DNA from: Chlorokybus atmophyticus
Taxonomy: Eukaryota; Plantae; Mesostigma and Chlorokybus algae
Direction of reading: 5' to 3'
NCBI GenBank assembly: GCA_009103225.1
Contig: RHPI01003578.1
Location: 1 to 64,000 of the forward strand
Length of the DNA: 64,000 bases
Shown here: positions 1-10,199 of the stretch, in pieces
Numbering within the stretch: the stretch's first letter is position 1
Layout of the letters: each line of letters opens with the position of its first letter
Translations under genes and position numbers: made by a program
The notes under the pieces: model-generated
Told to the model about the DNA's origin: nothing
The model's database searches: none
Seen by the model: the letters and a program-made list of their open reading frames with translations, nothing else

Positions 1-214
1 AGTTAGCTTCTTGCAAACAATTGGAGCCTATTCTAGTACTAGTTAAGAGTACATGGTACAATGTAAACTCCATATGAGGTTAAGAAATCTTTACCAGGAA
101 AACTGCCTGCAACTTGCCTGCATATGCCTGCTATATTGTGCTGCTAATTTTGGAATGAATGGATGGGCCGTTATCGGCATGACTGCTGGTCCAGCGAGGT
201 CGACACACCAGGAG

Positions 215-600
215 CTGTGCCGTCAACGGCACGACTGCTGCTGCTGCTGTGCCGACGTCGGCAGAAGTGCTACTGTGCCGAAGACGGCAGAAGCGCTGCT
301 GTGCCGAAGTCGGCAGAAGCGCTGCTGTGCCGAAGTCGGCAGAAGCGCTGCTGTGCCGAAGTCGGCAGAAGCGCTGCTGTGCCGAAGTCGGCAGAAGTGC
401 TATTGTGCCGAAAACGGCAGGATCGTTGCTGTGCCGAAGACGGCAGAAGCGCTGCTGTGCCGAAGACGGTGGGGTCGCAGCTGTGCCGAAGACGGCAGAA
501 GCGCTGCTGTGCCGAAGACGTTAGAAGTACTGCTGTGCCGAGGTCGGCCCAACGCAGTTTGCCCCGTCAGCGGCAGTAACCAGCTTGTGCCGGCTGACAG
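215..600. repeat. 26-bp tandem repeat (CTGTGCCGAAGTCGGCAGAAGCGCTG); each unit carries a TGCCG-N4-CGGCA palindrome
   Basis: Period 26 measured directly (CGAAG at 331 and 357); about 12 units; variants such as TGCCGACGTCGGCA, TGCCGAAGACGGCA and TGCCGTCAACGGCA keep the arms and vary the loop. Confidence 0.9.
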
Positions 601-801
601 ATGGTGACTTACGATCCTCTGCCGGCACAAAGCGACTTGTGCCGTCTTGGGAGAAGAACTGCTCGCAGAACTCGAAGGCAGGTGCCGCTGACGGCACAAC
701 TGGCTTGTGCCGAGAACGGATTCTGCTGCAGGCGCCGTGTGATAACTGCCTAGCGCGGGCTAAGGTATACATGGTGGGTTCAGTCCTTGCCGACCTGCGC
801 C

Positions 802-3800
802 TTACCGCCTGAAACAAGCCTGGCGGTATCTTGTTAAGGCGTCCATGCCTTCAAGGGTATGCAACCATTGCAATGCAGCTTGGAAGTCGGTAGGGGTTGT
901 CGCCTCCAACACGGCCGGCTGCACATGACGCGCAGCCATCCGCCTGTCAAGCTGCTCGAGGAAGTCCAGAAATAATGGCATGGTGAGGAACATTGCTTTA
1001 AAGATTGAAATGATGTTGACTTCACTGATGACTTGGCCCTCTCGCAGAATGCCAGTGTAGTGTGCATCCGCGTTATGGTAGAAGTTGAGGAAGCCAGCCA
1101 TCAAATTCTCCTAACCCTTAAATACTCCATGTCCACCTGGTTCAATGCGCTGATGTAGATTCCTTAGCTGGATTGAGCGCTGCATGAAGTGACATTGCCA
1201 TCCCGCACCCTGTGTAAACCTGTTGGTCTAGCCAGCAACCAAGGCGGTCGTACCACCCGCCAACACGTCGTCACGCTCGTGACTTCGCAAGTTGACAAAG
1301 AGGTTCGTCACCTCACGCGCCCATTCTCGAATGCTGTTGATGAAGTCATGCGCACGGTGATATTCAGGCTGCTGCTGTTGCTGCCGAAGCTGGTTCTGCA
1401 GCTACATTTGTTGCTGTTGCGCTTGCTGAAGCTGTAGCTGCAGGTCCTGGAGGTGTTGTTGCAGTGGCTGCGGGAGCTGTTGTTTGAGATGGTCTACCTC
1501 ATCATGCAGGGCTTCCTTCTCGGTCTTCGCTTGATTGTACTTCCCATCTGCACAGTTGTACTGGTACTGCAGGCTGTCCAATGCCTCTTGTTTAAGCTGC
1601 TCATCGAGTGCAGCGTAAAGCTCCACCTATAGCTGTTCTAGCCTGTCAACGTTTCTCTGCGCCTCTCCCAACTGCTGCTGCACCTTTCCGAATTGCTTCT
1701 TTGCATTCTCAACTCGCACTCGCACTTCGTTGACAACCTCAGTGTTGATCTACGCATGCCCCAACTGTTGCTCCAGCTCTCGATCGCGGGCTCGCACCTC
1801 TTCCAATTGCTATTCTGCTCGCTCAGCTCTCTCTGTCAGTGTGTTGACAATCTCAGTGTTGACAGCCTCAATGACAGGTTGTGCCGCTTGCTGCTGCAGC
1901 TTGAATAGCTGTTCCCTTGAACGATGCAGCTCTTCATCAAATTGGCCGCCGCACTTGAGGTGGACTCCAGCTGCTGCACCCGTTCCAACAGACTGGCGTT
2001 GCGCTGATGGTACTCGTGAAGCACCGCATCGGTGGCGCGCCAACGGTTCTCTGTGTCTGCCGCCATGGTGGTCATCGATGCGCTTGATGCTGCAACCTCT
2101 TGCTGTGCTTGAAGCAACTGCCGGCGCAGACTGTCAACCTCCCCAGCATTGGATTTTGCTGCCAACTCCCTTTGCCGCTGCAGCTCCTTAGCATTGGATA
2201 CCGCCGCCAACTCCCTTTGTTGCAGCTCCTTAGCATGGGACTTTGCTGCCAACTCCCTTTGTTGCAGCTCCTGCAGCTGCTGCCGCAGCAGTTTGTCTTC
2301 ACGGGTGAAGTTGTCAGCCAGCAGCCTACGCTGCCGGTGTGACTCTTCCAGATTGTTGAGAGCACGTTCAAGTTGCTTCTTGCGCATCTCATTGAAGTTG
2401 CGCATGGACTCCTGCAAGACCGTGTGACTGATCTGTGCCCGCTCATTGGCATCCTGCAATAGCAACACAAGAAGTGAGTCCACACACTAGCCAACAGAGC
2501 ATTGCCAACATATCAACTCTATGACAGTCGTCAACGAAACCATTGAGGACTGTCAACAGTTTGTGCCCAGGCCCAAATTGTATTCTGCAAGCCTTGTTGA
2601 CAGTCCATGTGTGTATAAACTGTACCTTTGCTGCAGATGCCAGGTTTTGCACGGCTTGCAATGCAGCGTCGAGGTCGGCGGCCTGCACACTATCGGCTTC
2701 TCACATCTTCACAAGCGCCGGGAGTCAGGTCCCGGGGACATTTTGCAGAGGTAGAGGCGGCCGGCCCTGTGGCGTACTTAGTGTTGGCGTATTTGCTGGT
2801 GGTGTCGGACCTGCGACAACTTTTTGCAGACGTTCTTTGAACGAAGAGCCTAATAGCTGCAAGGTTGATAGCTGCAAGGTTCCGGTAGGGGTGGACTGAC
2901 CAGTTAATGGCGTGGTTGATTGTGGAGTTTCTTTTGTGGCTGCTGGCAGGTCCTGGCGCTGCTTTTTGGGCGGTGGTGGAGTAAGAGGAGGGGGACCTTC
3001 TGTTCTCCTGGCATATAGCTTAGGACTGTCAACACGTGGAGGGTCTGGGGCTGGCGTACTGGTGCCAGCTTGCGTACTGGTGCCAGCTGGCATACTGGTA
3101 CCACGGGGAGGTGCCGGTGGGCCATGGGGATTGTTAGGGGGAGGGGACGGTGGGCCATGGGATTGTGAGGGGGAGGGGACGGCGGGCCATGGGGGTTGTG
3201 AGTGGGACTGTAAGAGGGACTGTCCTTTGGCCTGTCAGACCGCATGGGCCTTTGGCCAGTGGTGGGTGGACGCATGTTGGCGCGCTCAAGCCAAGTCCAC
3301 AGGGGATGCGAATCAATCTCTATATCACTCATGGGGTTCACAAGTTCAGGCCTAGCAGGCACCACCTGAGCCGTAGTGGAAGGCTCTGTCATGGCTTCCA
3401 ATGCACGTGCTGCATCAGCCTACTTGTCATGCTCCTCCTTCTTCTCCTCGTGCTCGATCTGTTTGTTGACGATGACATGCAGCGCGTCTTGCATCTCTTC
3501 GGAGAGGAGCTTTTTCCAGCTTTTTGGAGGATTAGCTGTTATCTTCTTCTCCCAATGCTTTTCCCTTTCCTCCTGCTGTAGTTCAAGCGATACAGCCTGC
3601 CGGGTAAGAGCTTTCTCTCTGGCAGCGAGGTCAAGTGTCTAAGCTTGGTGCGCCTCGACAGTCTTAGTGTAGATGGCGGCCATTTTCTCCTGCAAACAAA
3701 GGTAACAAGTTAGGGCTCTTTGTGGAATGTTTGGTGGCCTACATGGCAACGTACCCTGAGCACATTCTCTTGCGTAATCCGCAGCTCTAAGTCTTTAATA

Positions 3801-4598
3801 ACTTGTTTGAGGTCGTCTACTCTCTGTTTGCTGCCTTTTTCATTTTATAGGCAGCGTCATGCACAGCTGTACAAAAGTGAACAGATATTTGGCGCTGGAC
3901 ATGAGCTTCATGGTCTATCTGTTGACACACGTGCATACTCCATTGGTTGTTGGCATGCAAATCGCCGTGCAGTTCGTGAACTGCACCGCGATTTGCATGC
4001 CAACAACAGACTGTAAAAAGGGACTGTCAATGTACATGCACTACCTCTATAAGAGTACATAACTTACCATTAATCTGGTGCGCTTCAGCTTGACAGCACG
4101 GGTGAGCAACCGCCTAGAATACGCCCTGGCACCCTCGGCCGGCTCCCTTAGCGCCTTGCTCGTTACCAGCCACATAGCGTCCGCCATGGCCAGCCCCCAG
4201 CCATATACAAACTTCTGCGCAACATCTTCCATTCTCCACAATTGGGTCTGCAACCAAAAGTCCAGTTGGTGTCCTGTAACAGATTGGCAGTCTGCATTGA
4301 CGGTATGGCATTGACAGCTGCCTTACAAGCAAGCATGCATGCAACAATGCAACCACTTACTGTGTTTGTCTGGCTATCAGGTGGCCCACGGAAAGGGTCA
4401 TAGTTCAGTAGGAGCTCCTCTCCTGCTTGTATGTCCTTAATTGCATACACAGTGACAGCTGGCTTGCCGGCGTCATTGAAGTCCGATCAGAGCATGGCGT
4501 TGGGCTCACTCTGCTGCCCGTGTATGGAATTGCTGTAAGCTGCTACATTGCTAGTGCGGGGGTGGCTATCGATGACAACCTGATATTTGTTGGGTTTT
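802..4598 (-). pseudogene. 3' part of a multi-exon SET-domain / coiled-coil / Pro-rich gene with a possible Gag-like C-terminus; several stops and frameshifts
   Basis: SET C-terminal motifs read across 4300-4598: SNVAAYSNSIHGQQSEPNAML*SDFNDAGKPAVTVYAIKDIQAGEELLLNY. GT..AG introns (e.g. ~3666-3731, ~2453-2621) join same-strand ORFs 2904-3401, 2725-3093, 1836-2483, 1402-1626 and 802-1104. Confidence 0.65.
3946..4007. repeat. 62-bp near-perfect palindrome (30-bp arms, 1 mismatch, 2-nt loop), apparently intronic
   Basis: GTTGTTGGCATGCAAATCGCCGTGCAGTTC-GT-GAACTGCACCGCGATTTGCATGCCAACAAC. Confidence 0.9.
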
Positions 4599-7500
4599 TG
4601 TTGAGAAGCAAGCATGCAAGTGAAGAGGGCAAGCAATGACACACAGGAGAAGGCAACACACTTCCCGATTTATTACCAACAGACCGCGGGGTTATATACC
4701 CGCCCGTCAGTACACAGTTAGTACACACTGCTGGTCTACATGCAACAGCGTCCGATATACTGAACCATATCCTACGCTGTAAGATGTGCCACGTAGCTAA
4801 CTTGATAAGCTTTGTAACAAGCTATGCCACGTCCTATAAGACTGAGTATCCTAGGAGATATGACGATTCTCCTAGGACCCTTCTCTGCAGTCCGCGCCAG
4901 GACCTTCAAGTCCGGAGTCTTCGAGGTCCTCCCATCGAGGTCCCTTCTCTTCTCTCTTGTATGCAGAGCAGGCTGATCGGATGTAGGAATATCTTCAACA
5001 CTCCCACGCGGGCAGCTTGGCCTCCGACGCTTGGTCTTCTTTCACCTAAGCACATATGCCGAGTCCCTTGCAACATGCCTTGAACTTCAGCGGTGACAGT
5101 GGCTTCGTCATGAAGTCCGCGAGCATGTCTTCCGTATTGCAATATTGGAACTCAACCTCCTTGCGTGTGACTCTGTCTCGCACAAAGTGATGCATGACAT
5201 CAATGTGCTTTGTCCTTGTCGAGGCAATGGGGTGCTTCAGCAACTTGATGGCGCCTTGGTTGTCGCAGTTAATCGTGATACACGCCATCGGGTGCTCCAG
5301 ATTTGCCATCAGCTCGCGAAGCCATAACGCCTCCTTCACTGCAGCCGATGCTGCCATGTACTCCGCTTCCGAAGTAGATGCAGCTGTTGTGGGTTGCAGC
5401 CTACTGTTCCAGCTCACCACGCCTCCATTCAACTTGAAGACGTACGCCGTGGTGGACCTCCTGCTATCGAGGTCACCTGCAAAGTCTGCGTCGCAATAGC
5501 CCTCCATCTCTGTGCTTCCGCAACCAAACTTGATGCCAACACTTGCGCTTCCAGCCACGTAGCGCAATACTCCCTTCGCTGCACGCCAGTGCTCCATGCT
5601 TGGTGCAGACATGTAGCGCGCAAGCACTCCAACTGCATGTGCGATGTCGGGTCTTGTGCACACTGCTAAGTAGAGCATACTCCCAACAAGCTCACCATAG
5701 GGATACTGAGCCTTGTCGAGTACTTCCTCATCTTTCGCTTTGACGAGGTTGGTGCCGAGCGCCAATGGAGTAGACTTGGTCTTTGCTTCGTTGAGTCCGA
5801 ACTTGGTGACAAGTTGCTTCACCATCTGCTCTTTGCTGATCTTGATTGTGCGTGCTGCTTTGTCACGCTCTATCACCATGCCAAGAAATAACTTGACCTC
5901 TCCAAGGTCGCGTACTGCGAATGCTTGCTGCAATCTGTGCTTCGTTTGCTTCAGGTCTTCAACTTGCTTGGCCGTGACGATGATGTCGTCCACATACACG
6001 AGCAAGTAAACCTTCTTCTCTTCATGGATGAAGAGCCCCGGATCCGCTGAGGATGCTTTGTAGCCGAGTTTCTCCAACTCTTTCGTGAGGCGAATGTGCC
6101 ACACACGTGGTGCTTGTCGCAGCCCATACAAAGCCTTGATCAACTTGCAAGCCATGCCTGGCTCCCCTTCTGCGTAGCCTGGTGGTTGCTTGGTGTAGAT
6201 CTCTTCCTCCAGCTCTCCGTAAAGGAAAGCAGTCTTCACATCAAGGTGGTGACACTCGAGGTCTTCAGCAGCAACCATGGCGATCAATGTGCGGAAGGTT
6301 GCATGCTTACTTGCAGGTGCAAACACTTCATTGAAATCCACACCTTCTTGTTGCAAAAATCCCTTTGCCACCAACCTTGCCTTGTAGCGCTCGATGTTGC
6401 CTTGATCATCACGCTTCACCTTGAACACCCATTTGACCGGAATGGGCTTCACACCTTGCGGGGGCTTCTCCAATACCCATGTGTTGTTGGCATGGAGTGA
6501 TGCAATCTCATCATCCATAGCTCGCTGCCATTGTTCTGCATCTGGTGCTCGCAATGCCTCCTCGTAGGTGCTTGGTTCTTCACTCTCGTCATTGTGCACA
6601 CTAGCGATGTGTGCCTTGTAGAAGTCAGGTGCTTGTCTTTCCCTCACTGGGTAGCGTCGAGCTTGCTCCTGCTGNTCGGTGCTTGTCTTGCCCTCACTGA
6701 GTAGCGTCGAGCTTGCTCCTGCTGCTTCTGCTTCTCGCCTGCTACAGATGAGCCCTGCTCTTTATTGATGACTGATGCCTCGCCTTCAACCTCTTCTCTG
6801 CTTGAAAGCTCTTCAGGTTGTGCTTTGTCATCTTCATCTTGAGGGTGGAAACCTTCTTCAGCTTCAACTTGTGATGAGCCTTCGTGGAACACGACTTCTC
6901 TGCTCACCACAATCTTGCGCGTGTCCTCCAGTAGGACCTTGTACGCCTTTGAGCCTGGTTCGTAGCCAACGAAGATGCCCTTCTTGCTGACCGGCTCCAA
7001 CTTGTGTCGCAATTGACTTGGCACAAGTGCATATGCCACACATCCGAACACACGCATGCCACTCACATCTGGCGCTTCACCGTAAAAGAGCTCCCACGGA
7101 GTCTTTTGCTCAGAGCTTATCGGTGAACGGTTGCGGATGTAGTTGGCAGTGAGAACGGCCTCTTTCCACAGACTGTCCTCCAACTTGGTGTCATTGAGCA
7201 TGGCTCGAACACGCTCCAACAACGTTCGGTTGAGACGTTCAGCTGCTCCATTCTGCTGCGGAGTGTATGGTGCTGTTGTCTCATGCCGTATGCCTTTGCT
7301 GGCGAAGAACTCTTTGAGCTGGGCGTTGATGTACTCCCCTCCTCGATCACTTCTCATTGCTTTCATCTTCTTGCCCGATTGAATCTCAAGCAATGCAATG
7401 ACTGTACGCACAGCTCCAGCGACTTCTGACTTTTGAATCAAAGGGAAGACGATGGAAAGCTTGCTGTAGTCGTCGAGGAATGTTGCAAAGTACCTTACCC

Positions 7501-9668
7501 CTCCTTTCGCCACAATGCGCATAGGCCCGCAAACGTCCATGTGCACAAGCTCGCAGGGATGTTTGCTACTTGAAGAAGATGATGAGAACAGCATGCGATG
7601 CTGCTTGGCCAACACACAGGGTTCACAGAGTGTAGTTGAAGACGCTTGAAAATCTTCCTTGCTCCCAATAATGCCCTTCACCATGTCTTCAGCGACCAGG
7701 CGTGTGAGGTTGCTGTAGCCCAAATGCCCGAACCTTCGATGCCAAAGCTCAGCCGTCTCCTTCTCCTTCACAATCATGGCCTTGCTGCCATGAGTCTGCT
7801 CCACAATGTAGAGCCCTCCTCGTTGGGTGCCGACCATGTACTCGACCCCATCCATGCGTACGGAGCAGCGTCCCTCCCGGATCACTATCTCAGCTCCCAC
7901 GCGCTCAGCAACTCTCACAGAAAACAAGCTTGCAGCAGCTCCAGGTACGTGCAATACTTCACGCAGTACCACCTCTCTCTCACCATCACCAATCTTGCAT
8001 TGAAGCCTCACTTCACCAACTCCTATTGCTTCCAACTCGTGACCACTAAAGCCTTCCACCTTCCTTGTGGTTGACATCTTCCTGTAGTTCTCCATCACCT
8101 CCTTGTGCGGTGTGAGATGCTGGTCACAGCCTGAGTCAATTGCCCATGAAGTTGTATCAAACTTCCTTGAGGCAGTAAATGCAACACCCTTTTCTTTGCG
8201 TTGAGCGTTGCTACTGGTGCCTGCTTCAGATTGCTCTCGTTGACGCTTACGACAATCCTTTGAGATATGTCCTTTAATACCACAATAGTGGCATGTGAGA
8301 GTCTTGAACTTTGAGTTGCTGCCTTTCGCCTTGTTCTTGTCTTCATAGTTGCTTAATTTCTTATATTTGTCTCATGTGTAGAAGGCCACAGAGTCCGCTT
8401 GCTCTTCCTTCTTTGAGACGCGTTGCTCCACAGTGAGCAACTTGGGTAGCACATCGTTTAGGGTTAGCTCCGATGACGATGTCTCGAGCAGAGTAGCGAC
8501 AACTTCGTACTCTAATGGCAGTCCTGCAACAATCGCCAATACGACCTCCGTCTCTTCCATCTTGTGGCCGACGTTGATGAGGTCCGCCCACAGCTCTCTC
8601 GCACGTGCAACATACTTTGTGACCGGCTCGGCCGTCTCTTTATGAAGCGCGCTTAGCTGCTTGCGTAATTGTATCTTTCTGGCGTTGTTCTTGGCTTGAA
8701 ATACGGCTGCAAGCTTCTCCCAAGCTTGTCTGCCATCTTCACATGCTGTGAGCATGGGAAAGTGATGTGGCTTGCAGTTAAGCACCATCAAGGAATGTGC
8801 TTCAACTGAGTCTTCAAGCCAGATGCTTTCTTCTCCTGCTCTTGGTGCAGATGCCTTCGGGTCAACATACTTCCACATCTTCTTGTGGATAAGTAGTGCC
8901 TTCATTTCTACGCACCAAGTGCTGTAATTGTTTGTGTCCAGCTTTGTGATCAGCCCTTTATCGTAGCTTACCTCCATCTTTGCCGCGCCTGCTTTCTTCT
9001 TGCAGTTAGCACTTGAGACTTGCTTTGATAATCTTCACTATTGACTTCAGTAACTTTAATCTACACTTCACTCTTGAGTGACTTCAATGACTTCGGTCTT
9101 GAAATGACTTCGGTTTTCACTTCACTCTTCAGCGCCTTCAGTCTTCTCTTCACTCTTCAGTCTTGTGAGTGACTTCAATCTTCACTTCAATGCACTTTTT
9201 CACTTTTCTTCACTTCGCTTTCTTTCTCTTTCTCACACTCTTCACGCGTAGTGTGGGCCCATAACCTGTTGAGAAGCAAGCATGCAAGTGAAGAGGGCAA
9301 GCAATGACACATAGGAGAAGGCAACACACTTCCCGATTTATTACCAACAGACCGCGGGGTTATATACCCGCCCGTCAGTACACAATTAGTACACACTGCT
9401 GGTCTACATGCAACAGCGTCCGATATACTGAACCATATCCTACGCTGTAAGATGTGCCACGTAGCTAACTTGATAAGCTTTGTAACAAGCTATGCCACGT
9501 CCTATAAGACTGAGTATCCTAGGAGATATGACGATTCTCCTAGGACCCTTCTCTGCAGTCCGCGCCAGGACCTTCAAGTCCGGAGTCTTCGAGGTCCTCC
9601 CATCGAGGTCCCTTCTCTTCTCTCTTGTATGCAGAGCAGGCTGACCGGATGTAGGAATATCTTCAACA
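4599..9668 (-). mobile_element. Ty1/Copia LTR retrotransposon (family D here), full length and young, inserted inside the SET domain
   Basis: 402-bp LTRs at 4599-5000 and 9267-9668 (TG..CA, 3 differences); TSD GTTTT (4594-4598 and 9669-9673); PBS GGTTATGGGCCCAC at 9253-9266; PPT next to 5001; gag-PR-IN-RT-RH order. Confidence 0.97.
5046..8977 (-). CDS. Copia gag-pol polyprotein (Gag, CCHC knuckle, protease, integrase, RT, RNase H); one TGA at 8372-8374 and a 50-bp duplication at an N (~6641-6724)
   Basis: Motifs [92 protein letters not shown]. Confidence 0.93.
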
Positions 9669-9673
9669 GTTTT

Positions 9674-10197
9674 TTGGGCGAGAACGGGTTGACGTGATCG
9701 TCTGTGGTGTTGAAAGCCGGTTGTTAGCTGGCAACTGTGGAAGACATCCCGCTGCTCCTGGTATGTGAACCATTTGCCGTCGTATGGCATCAGGTACTCC
9801 TCTGCAAAGTTGCACACAGGTCATCAGTCATAAGCACATGTGTGTACACAAACACATCGCGTATACACGTGCACGCACCATTCGCTATGTCATGGCGGGC
9901 AAACAGTCTCAGTCCAACACCAGTGATCGTGGAGTCCTTGATCTCCCAGTTGTGCAGGTGATATTTAAACTCCTCTTTGACTGGATTGCTTGTGGATGCT
10001 TTCACATCCTTAAAATAGTTCAGCCGCCACAGCTGGTGCTTGTCTCCAGCTCCACGATGGATGAGCTTTAGGTTGGGAATCTTATTGTCAGTTTGTTTGA
10101 AGCAGTGGTCAGTTGCATTGCTTTGAGAGCCACACAGATAATGATAATCTTGCTTGACAGTCCTCTAAGCAGGGTGGGTGGGTGGGTGGGTGGTCAA
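9674..10197 (-). pseudogene. Middle exons of the SET-domain gene (SET N-terminal half), cut by the inversion breakpoint in the upstream intron
   Basis: WEIKDSTITGVGLRLFARHDIANG, an intron GTGCGT..TTGCAG (~9802-9879), then EEYLMPYDGKWF; continues at 4598 across the Copia TSD. Confidence 0.75.
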
Positions 10198-10199
10198 GA

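Noticed and set aside
215-600. CRISPR array (palindromic repeats)
   Set aside because: No unique spacers, strict 26-bp tandem period, no cas genes, eukaryotic intron-containing context.
4996-5048. Non-canonical genetic code (TAA/TAG = Gln), suggested by stops at Gln positions and an in-frame run from the TAG at 5046 to AWEC* at the LTR
   Set aside because: The young Copia has over 1000 codons with many Gln and no internal TAR, and Trp codons are hit equally (TGG>TGA/TAG). C>T decay explains the pattern.
6641-6724. Programmed frameshift between integrase and RT of Copia D
   Set aside because: The shift comes from a 50-bp duplication joined at an N with three mismatches; most likely an assembly merge of two copies.
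10198-10199. Site-specific (serine) recombinase target as the cause of the inversion
   Set aside because: The two sites share only 2 bp, no att-like arms and no recombinase gene are seen; kept only as a remote possibility.
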